The position numbers and the translations under genes are program-made. A DNA stretch of 64,000 nt from Flavobacteriales bacterium. GTDB lineage: Bacteria > Bacteroidota > Bacteroidia > Flavobacteriales > BACL11. Shown one piece after another: positions 27,942 through 37,002 of the stretch (position 1 is the stretch's first letter; each line of letters begins with the position of its first letter). The stretch spans positions 64,220 to 128,219 of the forward strand of contig JACNLP010000042.1 in assembly GCA_014381465.1 (NCBI GenBank), given 5' to 3'. A model generated the notes under the pieces. That model saw only the letters and a list, made by a program, of their open reading frames with translations, was not told the DNA's origin and made no database searches.

Positions 27942-29067
27942 AAAATATAAAATAGGAATTATTTGCTACCCTACTTATGGAGGAAGTGGGGTAGTGGCTA
28001 CTGAGCTTGGTATGGCACTTGCTGAGAAAGGGCATGAAGTACACTTTATTTCCTATAATCAACCATTCCGACTAGATGTTTTTTGTGATAAAATAAGCTT
28101 TCATGAAGTAAGTGTGCCTGATTATCCTTTATTTGAATACATTCCTTACGAACATAACCTTACTGCCAAATTAGTGGATGTGGTTTTGCACGAAAAGTTA
28201 AATTTATTGCATGTTCACTATGCGATTCCTCATGCCTCAGCTGCACTTTCGGCAAAGCAGATTTTAGCATCACAAGGGATTCATATTCCTATTATTACTA
28301 CCTTGCACGGAACAGATATTACCCTCTTAGGAAAAGATAAATCTTTTAAATCAGTGATAGAGTTTGCAATTAATAATTCAGATGTGGTAACGGCTGTTTC
28401 TAAGAGTTTAAAACAGGAAACGCTTGACTCTTTCAATATCAAAAAAGAAATTCAAGTAGTGCCTAATTTTATTGATTCCAGCTTGTATAAGTATGAAAAT
28501 AATCCCAATTTAAGAAGGAGTCTTGCAAAGGATGATGAAAAGATTATTATTCATATTTCTAATTTTAGAAAAGTGAAAAGGGTACAAGATGTGCTGAAAG
28601 TATTTGCAAAAATTAAAAAAGAAATACCTTCTAAATTACTATTAATAGGAGATGGTCCTGAAAGATTAGAAATGGAGGAGTTATGTAGAAACCTAGATTT
28701 ATGCGATCATATTCGTTTTATTGGGAAGCTAAAAGCAGTTGAGAAAATTTTATCTGTTTCCGATCTTTTCCTTTTGCCTTCTGAAACTGAGAGTTTTGGT
28801 TTGGTTGCTTTGGAGGCAATGGCATCTAAAGTTCCAGTTATTTCTACAAATACTGGCGGTTTACCAGAGGTAAATAAAGATGGAAAAACAGGTTTTCTAC
28901 TAAACATGGGAGATGTTGATGGAATGGCTGAAAAGGCCATTTTTCTTTTGAGTAATAAGGATAAATTAAAAGAATTTAAAGAGTGTGCTTACAAACATGC
29001 CATGCAGTTTGATTTACCAAATATCTTACCAATGTATGAAGATATTTATGAGAATTTAAGTAAATGA
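27928..29067 (+). CDS. bshA: N-acetyl-alpha-D-glucosaminyl L-malate synthase (bacillithiol biosynthesis glycosyltransferase)
   Basis: N-terminus YKIGIICYPTYGGSGVVATELGMALAEKGHEVHFISY and the C-terminal ESFGLVALEAMASKVPVISTNTGGLPEV are typical BshA-type GT4. ATG at 27928 preferred over TTG at 27925. Confidence 0.8.
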   Translation: MQTNKKYKIGIICYPTYGGSGVVATELGMALAEKGHEVHFISYNQPFRLDVFCDKISFHEVSVPDYPLFEYIPYEHNLTAKLVDVVLHEKLNLLHVHYAIPHASAALSAKQILASQGIHIPIITTLHGTDITLLGKDKSFKSVIEFAINNSDVVTAVSKSLKQETLDSFNIKKEIQVVPNFIDSSLYKYENNPNLRRSLAKDDEKIIIHISNFRKVKRVQDVLKVFAKIKKEIPSKLLLIGDGPERLEMEELCRNLDLCDHIRFIGKLKAVEKILSVSDLFLLPSETESFGLVALEAMASKVPVISTNTGGLPEVNKDGKTGFLLNMGDVDGMAEKAIFLLSNKDKLKEFKECAYKHAMQFDLPNILPMYEDIYENLSK

Positions 29068-29645
29068 AAAAAATAGGATTAACAGGAGGGATTGGTGTTG
29101 GAAAAACTTTTGTGAGTAATGTTTTTTCTAAATTGGGTATTCCTGTTTTTTTAGCAGATATTCAGGCAAAAAAGTGTATGTCAGAATCTGATGATTTGAA
29201 AAAAGCAATTGCTATAAATTTCGGAAATAATATTTATAAAGAAGGAATTTTACAAAAGGATATATTAGCCAATATTGTATTTAATGATGCAGAAAAATTA
29301 ACACAGTTAAATAAATTGGTTCATCCAATTGTACAAAATAAATTTGAAATATGGCAAAAAGAGCAAACTGCTCCTTTTGTTTTGAAGGAAGCGGCTATAT
29401 TATTTGAAAGTAATGCTCATATTGGTTTAGATGGGGTAATTTGCGTTACTGCTCCTTTGGAAACGAGAATAAAAAGGGTGATACAAAGGGATAATTGCAC
29501 AAAAGAGTCAGTGTTAAAGCGCATTGAAAATCAGATGCCACAATTTGAAAAAGAACAGCTTTCCGATTTTGTAATTGTAAATGATGAAGACAAAAAACTA
29601 TTGCCTCAAATACTAGCTATTTGTAAAAAGATTAACGCTCTTTAA
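29064..29645 (+). CDS. coaE: Dephospho-CoA kinase
   Basis: 193 aa. P-loop IGLTGGIGVGKT and family-typical length. ATGA overlap with bshA. Confidence 0.9.
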   Translation: MKKIGLTGGIGVGKTFVSNVFSKLGIPVFLADIQAKKCMSESDDLKKAIAINFGNNIYKEGILQKDILANIVFNDAEKLTQLNKLVHPIVQNKFEIWQKEQTAPFVLKEAAILFESNAHIGLDGVICVTAPLETRIKRVIQRDNCTKESVLKRIENQMPQFEKEQLSDFVIVNDEDKKLLPQILAICKKINAL

Positions 29646-29761
29646 GCAATTAAATACCGAATTAGGAAAAACACAATCATCAAATCGAGAAAAAGTAGAA
29701 TCCCAAAAACTGTTGGATTCATATCGTATAACTCTTTTAGTTTTTCCCAAATATTCTTCAT
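29642..29761 (-). CDS. Possible 39-aa small membrane protein (not in ORF track)
   Basis: Hand translation gives MKNIWEKLKELYDMNPTVFGILLFLDLMIVFFLIRYLIA*. It starts 1 nt after the stop of the 62-aa ORF and has one hydrophobic helix. There is no homology evidence. Confidence 0.3.
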   Translation of the reverse strand: MKNIWEKLKELYDMNPTVFGILLFLDLMIVFFLIRYLIA

Positions 29762-29762
29762 C

Positions 29763-29951
29763 TTACTCTTTTAGCTTGCATAAATGATAAGCCAAGATTG
29801 CAGGGAGGATTGTTCCCAAAATACTTGCCCATTGCGGAACAGAGCAGTTATTTATTGTGAGTTCCCACCCAAGAACATAACGCAATAAATGCAAAACAGC
29901 TACCATTGTAAAGATAAGGCAAGCTAGGTTTAATGTTGTTTTTTTGTTCAT
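29763..29951 (-). CDS. Small two-helix membrane protein
   Basis: 62 aa with two hydrophobic segments. Packed 1 nt downstream of the DUF899-like gene. Confidence 0.4.
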   Translation of the reverse strand: MNKKTTLNLACLIFTMVAVLHLLRYVLGWELTINNCSVPQWASILGTILPAILAYHLCKLKE

Positions 29952-29952
29952 A

Positions 29953-30537
29953 TTAGTAGGTGTATTTAGGTTGCCAATTATTGATGCCTTTTGGAAGGAT
30001 ACTTACAAAATCCCACATGTTGCAATAGTTATCTCCTGGTCCGAAATAGGAGCGGTGGTGTACATAAATTTCATCCCCTTTTTTACTGAATGTAGCAACT
30101 CCTGGAAGCGGATTTTCTTCTTCTCCAACAAATCCTAAATCCTCACCAAAAGAGTTGTTTTTTCTGCTAAACATATCAAAGTTCCAACTTCTATCTTTTC
30201 TAATTTTTTGCTGCTGCTGTGGGGTTTCATTAGATACCACTACAAATGCAGCTCTGTCGGAAAGTGGTTTTGCAATGCCATTGTAATTATCGCCCCAAAG
30301 GGTGCAATATTTGCAATGTATTCCCATGTAGAATACAATAATAAGTTCTTCTTTTTCTCTAAACATATCAGATAATAAAATATCATTTCCACTCTTATCT
30401 TGAAAAGTATAGTCAGTAATTATTGTGCCTTTTTCGACTGCTATAAGTTTTGCTAGCTCCTCTTTTTTAGCAGAAATTTCGTCTTCTACTTTTCTTATTT
30501 TAGGATTTGTCTCTGGATGTGATATGATTAAAGGCAT
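29953..30537 (-). CDS. DUF899-like thioredoxin-fold protein
   Basis: 194 aa. An N-terminal helical segment, then ...LIIVFYMGIHCKYCTLWGDNYNG... (CxxC in a Trx-like context), as in the DUF899 family. Confidence 0.55.
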   Translation of the reverse strand: MPLIISHPETNPKIRKVEDEISAKKEELAKLIAVEKGTIITDYTFQDKSGNDILLSDMFREKEELIIVFYMGIHCKYCTLWGDNYNGIAKPLSDRAAFVVVSNETPQQQQKIRKDRSWNFDMFSRKNNSFGEDLGFVGEEENPLPGVATFSKKGDEIYVHHRSYFGPGDNYCNMWDFVSILPKGINNWQPKYTY

Positions 30538-30586
30538 GATATTTTTGGTATAAAACTACAAAAATATTTTTAAACAAAAAAGAGGT

Positions 30587-31168
30587 TTACATTCTCATCT
30601 TTTGTATTGCAATAGCCCATCTTTTTAATAGAGGTCCTCTTCTTCCTTTTTTACTGCCTTTTCTAAAACTATCAAACCACATTTTGGTGTAAATACTTGC
30701 AAATAAAGCACAATTCACATGATTAAACTTTTTACCTACTTTGCGTAATTTTACGGTTTTACTCCCATTTTCTTTCATCTTTTTATGGGCAACCAAAGCA
30801 TTTTCGTACAATACAATTATATCGGCATTACAATAGCAAAGTTGGGTAGGAGATTCTGGTTTCCAGTCCAATAAATCATTTTCTTTTAAGGCATTATTAA
30901 ATTTAAAATCTGGATTGTTTTTGTATTCTTCCAATAAATCAGGATGTACAACATTGGCAGGAATCTCTGGTAAAAATGTATTAATCTCATACATTTTAAT
31001 TCCATTATTAATAGGCACAATCCATTGGGAGATTTTATTCTCCTTCCACATTCCTTCCAATTCATTTTCGGTATAATGATGGATAAGGTTATGAGAAATT
31101 AGGTTTTGTGCATTTGATTGAATGGATAAGCAAAGACCTACAATCAGGAGGGAAAGGCGTAAAAACAT
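30587..31168 (-). CDS. Secreted hypothetical protein, possibly an internally deleted alpha/beta-hydrolase (lipase-like) remnant
   Basis: 193 aa with a signal peptide. The N- and C-terminal stretches recall flavobacterial secreted lipase-like proteins, but no GxSxG nucleophile elbow is present. Confidence 0.35.
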   Translation of the reverse strand: MFLRLSLLIVGLCLSIQSNAQNLISHNLIHHYTENELEGMWKENKISQWIVPINNGIKMYEINTFLPEIPANVVHPDLLEEYKNNPDFKFNNALKENDLLDWKPESPTQLCYCNADIIVLYENALVAHKKMKENGSKTVKLRKVGKKFNHVNCALFASIYTKMWFDSFRKGSKKGRRGPLLKRWAIAIQKMRM

Positions 31169-31205
31169 AAAAATAGTTGGCTAATTTTTTAAAAAGCCAA
31201 ATGTA

Positions 31206-31230
31206 ATAAAAAACACTATGCACGCATAGT
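31206..31230 (-). terminator. Candidate intrinsic terminator after rlmD
   Basis: The minus strand reads ACTATGC-GT-GCATAGT followed by GTTTTTTATT, 8 nt downstream of the rlmD stop. Confidence 0.45.
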
Positions 31231-31237
31231 AAAAAGT

Positions 31238-32650
31238 TTATTTTAATTCCAAAACTACAATATTTTCTACATGATGTGTCTGTGGGAACATATCCACTGG
31301 TTGAATATGGCTTACTTTAAAAAGTTCATCCATCAAAGCTAAATCACGAGCTTGGGTAGCTGAATTACAACTGACATATACAATTCGTTTAGCTCCAATT
31401 TTCAGGATTTTTTCCACTACTTTTTTATGCATTCCATCTCTTGGAGGGTCGGTAATAATTACATCAGGAGTTCCATTTTTTGCAATAAACTCATCTGTAA
31501 AAATCTCTTTCATATCTCCAGTGTAGAAAGTGCAGTTTTCAATATTGTTGCGTTCTGCATTTTCGTAAGCAGCTTTTATTCCTTCTTCCACAGAGTCAAT
31601 TCCTACTACCTTTTTTGCGGATGTAGCAACATATTGTGCAATGGTTCCAGTTCCTGTATAAAGGTCGTACACCAAATCATTTTCTGTAATTTGGGCCAAT
31701 TCTTTTGTTTTGCGGTACAATACTTTTGCTTGTTCACTATTGGTTTGGAAAAAGGATTTTGCTCCAATTTTAAAATAGAGTCCATCCATTTCTTCCATAA
31801 TATGATCTTTTCCGTTATAGCAAACTACCTCTTGGTCGTACATGGTATTGTTTGCTTTTTGGTTGATGATGTACAATAAAGAAGTAATTTCTGGGAAAGA
31901 AGTTTTAATGTGTTCCATCAGCAAATTGATGTTCTTTTCATCTTTTTCGTAAAACTGAACCAAGACCATTAAATCATTTGTGGAAGAAGTTCGAATCATT
32001 AGGTTTCTTAATAATCCTTCCTGATTTCTGATGTCAAAATAAGTTAGTCCGTTTTCATCAGCAAATTGTTTTACCGATAAACGAATAGCGTTTGAGGGTT
32101 CTTTTTGTAGATGACAATTGTTTAGGTTGATGACTTTATCAAACATACCCGGAACATGAAATCCTAAAGCATCTTTATCTGCAATATCTGCTTCCGACTG
32201 TACTTCTTCTGTGGTTAGCCATCTTTTGTTGGAGAAGGTGAATTCCATTTTATTTCGGTAAAAATATTCATTATTACTTCCTAAAATTTCTTCATGTTTT
32301 GGTAGTTCAATCCCTCCAATTCTTTTCAGATTGTTGAGTACTTGCGTTTGTTTAAAATCTAATTGGGATTCGTACTTCATGTTTTGCCATTTGCAACCAC
32401 CACAAGTTCCAAAATGTTCGCATTTAGGCTCTGTTCTCCTATCAGAATAAGTATGGATTTTCTCAATACGGGCTTCCCAAAATTTCTTTCGTCTTTTAAA
32501 AACTACAATATCACAAATATCTCCGGGTACACCTCCTTGTACAAATATGGCTCTACCATCATGTTTGGCTACTGATTTTCCTTTGCTGGCCGTGTCAATT
32601 ATCTCAATGTTTTCAATTAAAATTGGTTTTCTTCTTTTTTGTCTTGCCAT
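31238..32650 (-). CDS. rlmD: 23S rRNA (uracil-C5)-methyltransferase RlmD/RumA family
   Basis: 470 aa. TRAM domain, Fe-S Cys cluster CEHFGTCGGCKWQ, SAM motif DLYTGTGTI and catalytic YVSCN. Confidence 0.85.
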   Translation of the reverse strand: MARQKRRKPILIENIEIIDTASKGKSVAKHDGRAIFVQGGVPGDICDIVVFKRRKKFWEARIEKIHTYSDRRTEPKCEHFGTCGGCKWQNMKYESQLDFKQTQVLNNLKRIGGIELPKHEEILGSNNEYFYRNKMEFTFSNKRWLTTEEVQSEADIADKDALGFHVPGMFDKVINLNNCHLQKEPSNAIRLSVKQFADENGLTYFDIRNQEGLLRNLMIRTSSTNDLMVLVQFYEKDEKNINLLMEHIKTSFPEITSLLYIINQKANNTMYDQEVVCYNGKDHIMEEMDGLYFKIGAKSFFQTNSEQAKVLYRKTKELAQITENDLVYDLYTGTGTIAQYVATSAKKVVGIDSVEEGIKAAYENAERNNIENCTFYTGDMKEIFTDEFIAKNGTPDVIITDPPRDGMHKKVVEKILKIGAKRIVYVSCNSATQARDLALMDELFKVSHIQPVDMFPQTHHVENIVVLELK

Positions 32651-32652
32651 AA

Positions 32653-35097
32653 CTAAAAACTAAAAATCAACTTGGCATTTATTTGCCTTGCTGTTAGGTA
32701 ATTTGGTACGGCATATTGTCTACCACTAATATCAGAAACCCAAAGGTAAGAAACAGTATTATTTATTTGCAAAAGGTTGAACACTTCCAAACTCAGCCAT
32801 ATAGAATTAAAATGTTTAAAGAATCCTTTTTTCTTTTCCCCTTCTTTTATTATCTCTTTTGAAAAGCCAATATCCACTCTTCTGTAAGGCGGTATGCGCA
32901 AAATATCTTGGTGTTTTTCTGATTTTGGAGGCCCAAAAGTAAGCCCTGTTCCATATACCAAATTTAGGTGCATTTTATAGCTTGGGTTTCTAGGAATATA
33001 ATCCTGAAAAAACAAGGAAAAATTTACTCTTTGGTCAGTAGGGCGGGGGATAAAACCTGCTTCTTTCTTATTACCATTCGCATCTGTATAATAGTCGCCA
33101 ACAATATCTTCTTCTGTTTTCATTACCGATAAACTTGCCCATGATTCTATTCCGGGAACAAACTCACCATTTATTTTCATATCAATTCCGCCAGCATAGC
33201 CATTTGAAACCTCATTAGGTAAATACCGGATTCGTACATTATCTACTTTATAAGGAATCAAATTTTCCAATTGCTTGTAGTAAATCTCACTCACCCATTT
33301 AAAAGGTCTTCCCCAACTATAAAACAAATAGTCTGCACCCAATATATAGTGTGTCGATTTCTGTGCTTTTATATCTCTATTGATATTTCCATCAAAATCC
33401 CTTAGTTCTTTATAAAAGGCCGGTTGATAATAAATTCCTGCTGCCCCTTTAAAAACCACATCTTTTTCCCAATTTGGAATATAAGAAACAGATATCCTAG
33501 GGCTAAGGATTAGCTCCTCATTAAAACTCCAATAATTTCCTCTCATTCCACTTGTGAGCGAGAAGTTGCCAATATCCTTGGCGTACTGTATATAAGCAGA
33601 GTTTCTAAAAGAAGATAAATTGATGGTAGTTTTCAGTAAATCATTTACTGATACTATAAGTGGCGGTTGTAAATTCGGATTTTCATACCCAACAGAATCA
33701 GGCGTATGTGGAAGCGTAAAGCCAGCAGAATCAATTAAATTCCATTCGCTTATTTTGTCTTCTATTTCTTCCCTCTGCATTCTAAACCCCCATTGTATAT
33801 TTGCTTCTTTTTTATTGAAAATTCCACTATGTTGGAAATTTATTACTGTGGCATTCAAACTATTTCTGGCATGGTTAATATAAGTGCCAACCCCTCTGTT
33901 AAACTTTACATCTCCAAAATTCTCAGAGCCCAAACTATTATCCAATTGAAAGAGCCAATACTGCCCCATAATATCAAAGTTCTCCTGTTCAAATGTGCGG
34001 AAAGCAGAAGTCGTAAATTTTAATTGTAATTTCTCATTAGGATGGAAAGAAGTATTTAATGCCCCAAAATAAGTTTTGTAAGTATCTATTTCTTGTCCAT
34101 CAAAAAAGATGGTAAGTTTAAGCGCTTCATTTAGCGTACCAAACTCTGTATCTCTGTTCTCAGGAATCATTTGGTAAGTATTATTAGAAATATTTCCTAA
34201 GAAACTTACCGACCAATTGCTGCTAATATCAAACTTTAAAAAACTTTGCACATCTGTAAAAACTGGTTTGTAGTCGGCTTCTGTATCCAAACTTCCTAAA
34301 ATATATTGTGTGGTTTTTCTCCTTATCCCTGTAAGAAAGGAGAAACGATTATTTTTGCTTGTGCCTTCAAAATGAGCTGAGCCACCGAGCAATGATAAGT
34401 TTGCAGAGGCACCAAATCGTTTTGGATTTTTGTATTTTATATCCAATACAGAGGACATTTTATCTCCATATTTTGCATCAAATCCTCCTGCCGAAAATAG
34501 TATGCTTCCCACCAAATCAGGATTAATAAAACTGAGTCCTTCTTGCTGTCCGGAACGAACTAAAAAAGGGCGATACACCTCTATACCATTTACATACACT
34601 AAATTTTCATCAAAATTTCCTCCTCTTACAGAGTATTGTGAGCTCAACTCATTGGCAGAACTAACCCCTGGAAGTGTTTTTAAAAGAGCTTCCACACCAC
34701 CAGCTGAGCTTGGAATAATTGCGGCATGTTTTGGTTTTATTCTTGTTAGGGTTTTCTTTCTGCTTTGCTTGTCCTGAATTATTATCTCATCTTTTATAAA
34801 ACTTTGCTTTATCATTTGTTGGTTCAGCACATAATCTTGCCCCATTTTAAGCATAGGAATTCTAATCTTAATCGGCTCATAACCAATAAAAGTAAAACTA
34901 ATTATAAAGGATCGGTTTGCTTTTAAGTTGAGTTGATATTCTCCTTTTTCATTAGTGCTACTTCCCATTTGTTTCCCAATTACAGAAACATTTACTGCCT
35001 CAATTGGGTTGTTATTTTTATCGGTTACTATTCCTTTCAATGTTTGGGCAAACATTAATTTTGGAAGAAAGAAAATAAGTATGAAAATTCGTTTTAG
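32653..35097 (-). CDS. TonB-dependent receptor with N-terminal carboxypeptidase-regulatory-like domain
   Basis: Start moved to MLKRIFILIFF...AQTLKGIVTD, since the track's 35172 start would overlap the upstream gene. Has a CarbopepD_reg segment, a plug (LPGVSSANELSSQYSVRGG), and a beta-barrel ending in ...AKLIFSF. Confidence 0.8.
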   Translation of the reverse strand, partial: LKRIFILIFFLPKLMFAQTLKGIVTDKNNNPIEAVNVSVIGKQMGSSTNEKGEYQLNLKANRSFIISFTFIGYEPIKIRIPMLKMGQDYVLNQQMIKQSFIKDEIIIQDKQSRKKTLTRIKPKHAAIIPSSAGGVEALLKTLPGVSSANELSSQYSVRGGNFDENLVYVNGIEVYRPFLVRSGQQEGLSFINPDLVGSILFSAGGFDAKYGDKMSSVLDIKYKNPKRFGASANLSLLGGSAHFEGTSKNNRFSFLTGIRRKTTQYILGSLDTEADYKPVFTDVQSFLKFDISSNWSVSFLGNISNNTYQMIPENRDTEFGTLNEALKLTIFFDGQEIDTYKTYFGALNTSFHPNEKLQLKFTTSAFRTFEQENFDIMGQYWLFQLDNSLGSENFGDVKFNRGVGTYINHARNSLNATVINFQHSGIFNKKEANIQWGFRMQREEIEDKISEWNLIDSAGFTLPHTPDSVGYENPNLQPPLIVSVNDLLKTTINLSSFRNSAYIQYAKDIGNFSLTSGMRGNYWSFNEELILSPRISVSYIPNWEKDVVFKGAAGIYYQPAFYKELRDFDGNINRDIKAQKSTHYILGADYLFYSWGRPFKWVSEIYYKQLENLIPYKVDNVRIRYLPNEVSNGYAGGIDMKINGEFVPGIESWASLSVMKTEEDIVGDYYTDANGNKKEAGFIPRPTDQRVNFSLFFQDYIPRNPSYKMHLNLVYGTGLTFGPPKSEKHQDILRIPPYRRVDIGFSKEIIKEGEKKKGFFKHFNSIWLSLEVFNLLQINNTVSYLWVSDISGRQYAVPNYLTARQINAKLIFSF

Positions 35098-35113
35098 CAT
35101 TTGGTTGGCAAAT

Positions 35114-35734
35114 TTAATCTTTTCGTTTGAAGTCGCCATCTCTCCATGCTTGAATAAATTTAGCCCAAGCAAAAGGGTTTAATATAGGAATTAAGGTAGG
35201 GTTTCCCATCATGATGTACTGTTGCTGTTCCATATCATTCATAAAATACTTGAAATTTTCTTTTCCATCATTTGGCATTTGAGCAATCATAATATCTACA
35301 AAGGCATTATCTATATTCTTTTTTGCTCTTTCAATCGCATCATCTGGAATGTCAGCTGTAAGAAACGCTTGCTTAAATTGATCTCTACTTGGCCAAGGAT
35401 ATACCTTTGTTTCTTTTAGCATTATAGTATCTGGTTCTAATTTTTGTACTACTGTTATAAAATTTTCATTTGTCAGTTTTGGAACAATATATGTTGCCTT
35501 TTTATAGCCCAAACAAGAAAAAACAATGGTATCTCCTTTATTGGCAACAAGAGAAAAATAACCATAAAAATCACTTATTGTTCCTTTTTGATAATTTTTA
35601 ATAAGGACATTAGCAAAAGGGATTGTAAGCAAGCTATCGGTAGATACAAGTATGCCCGTAAGTTGTATACTTTTATCTTGCGAAAAGGCAGAAAAGCAAA
35701 TTGGAAAAAGGAAAATTAGTAGTAAATTCTTCAT
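35114..35734 (-). CDS. Carboxypeptidase-regulatory-like domain protein
   Basis: Signal peptide MKNLLLIFLFPICFSAFSQ, then IQLTGILVSTDS...PFANVLIKNYQKGTISDFYGYFSL. Confidence 0.6.
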   Translation of the reverse strand: MKNLLLIFLFPICFSAFSQDKSIQLTGILVSTDSLLTIPFANVLIKNYQKGTISDFYGYFSLVANKGDTIVFSCLGYKKATYIVPKLTNENFITVVQKLEPDTIMLKETKVYPWPSRDQFKQAFLTADIPDDAIERAKKNIDNAFVDIMIAQMPNDGKENFKYFMNDMEQQQYIMMGNPTLIPILNPFAWAKFIQAWRDGDFKRKD

Positions 35735-35817
35735 AATAAAAAGCAACCAAAAATAAATTAATTTCGATTGCTATTCCTAAAACACAGAAACTTCTTTTAT
35801 ATTGTTTTTATTTACCT

Positions 35818-35825
35818 TATTTTTG
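35818..35825 (+). promoter_or_regulatory. Candidate -7 box TATTTTTG
   Basis: TAnnTTTG match 11 nt upstream of the ATG at 35837. This supports the shorter start. Confidence 0.4.
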
Positions 35826-35836
35826 CAATCAAATTT

Positions 35837-36217
35837 ATGAAGAAAGAATATTTTATATCAGCATTTCTTATTCCAATTTTCTATGTAATAGTCGGTATTA
35901 TTTTTATATTCTTTCCTGAGTTGCCTCAAACAGATATTTCACCAAATAATTTAGATAATAAGCTGGCTTTACTTTTCACACAGGAAGTAGGGGCTTTGTT
36001 TGTTATTATTGCTCTTTTAGTTTGGCAAATTCATAATAAATCAAAAGAATTGTACTCAGCACTCAATGGTACTATGATAGTAGTAATGATACTATTATCA
36101 CTTATTGAGCCCTATTTTTATTCTTACACAAAAGCCCCAGAACTTTTAGTAATCTTATTAATAAACTTGTTTTTTATATTTCTTTTATTATATGAAAGGC
36201 GCCCTAGAAAATTATGA
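35837..36217 (+). CDS. Four-helix integral membrane protein, unknown function
   Basis: About 126 aa from MKKEYFISAFLIPIFYV..., almost entirely hydrophobic helices. ATGA overlap with the ArsC-VOC gene. Confidence 0.45.
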   Translation: MKKEYFISAFLIPIFYVIVGIIFIFFPELPQTDISPNNLDNKLALLFTQEVGALFVIIALLVWQIHNKSKELYSALNGTMIVVMILLSLIEPYFYSYTKAPELLVILLINLFFIFLLLYERRPRKL

Positions 36218-37002
36218 AAAAAATATTAGTAGTTTGTACAGGTAATTCTTGCCGTTCGCAAATGATGGAGGCATGGATTAGAAAATTTGCTGGTGATAAG
36301 GTGCAAGTATTTAGTGCTGGTACAAAGCCAGAAAATGTAAATACAAAAGCCATACATGTAATGAAACTATCTGGCATTGAGATTTCGCATCATAAATCTA
36401 ATTTGGTAGATGAAGTTATTAATATGGATTTAGATTTTGTTATTACCGTATGTGATCAGGCAAACGAGAATTGTCCTTATTTCCCTACAGTTGCAAAGAA
36501 AATTCATAAAAGTTTCCCTGATCCAGCAAAAGCAAAAGGTACGGAAACCGAGATTTTGACAGTTTACAGAGATGTTCGGGATTCTCTTAAAGAATTCGCT
36601 ATGGATTTTGTAGAGAAAGAATTAGGAATTCTTGTAAGGAAAGAGATTTTGTCTTGGTTTGAAATTCCTGTTTTGGATTTTAATAGAGCAATGCAGTTTT
36701 ATCAAAATGTAATGGAAATAAAAATTCAAGAATTAGAATTTGCAGGCATACAGCATGGATTTTTTGAACATTCTTATGGAGGAGTAAATGGTGCGATAGT
36801 CAAAGGAGAAGGAGAGCCGTCCAACAAAGGTACTCTTCTTTATTTTAATGGTGGAGAGGATTTGAATAAGTACCTGAAAAATGTAGAAAAGCAAGGAGGG
36901 GAGATATTGAAAGAAAAAACGCTTATTTCTGATGATATCGGTTATTTTGCTTTGTTTTTAGATACGGAAGGAAATCGTTTGGGGATTTGGTCAAAAAACT
37001 AA
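36214..37002 (+). CDS. Fusion: LMW-PTPase-type (thioredoxin-coupled) arsenate reductase ArsC + VOC/glyoxalase-fold domain
   Basis: The N-terminal ~138 aa have VVCTGNSCRSQM (CX5R P-loop) and VCDQANENCPYF, the Cys8/Cys80/Cys87 triad. The C-terminal ~120 aa (WFEIPVLDFNRAMQFY...GYFALFLDTEGNRLGIWS) are VOC-like. Confidence 0.75.
   Translation: MKKILVVCTGNSCRSQMMEAWIRKFAGDKVQVFSAGTKPENVNTKAIHVMKLSGIEISHHKSNLVDEVINMDLDFVITVCDQANENCPYFPTVAKKIHKSFPDPAKAKGTETEILTVYRDVRDSLKEFAMDFVEKELGILVRKEILSWFEIPVLDFNRAMQFYQNVMEIKIQELEFAGIQHGFFEHSYGGVNGAIVKGEGEPSNKGTLLYFNGGEDLNKYLKNVEKQGGEILKEKTLISDDIGYFALFLDTEGNRLGIWSKN

Noticed and set aside
35098-35172. 5' extensions of track ORFs. These are TonB receptor 35098-35172, M23 peptidase 38697-38747, bshC 51465-51644, membrane protein 35768-35836, lipoprotein 43784-43810, rpmB 43470-43493, M1 peptidase 44392-44403 and 13788-13826.
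   Set aside because: The extensions overlap neighbouring genes, promoters, terminator hairpins or repeat units. They also precede an internal Met followed by a proper signal peptide or the canonical family N-terminus.
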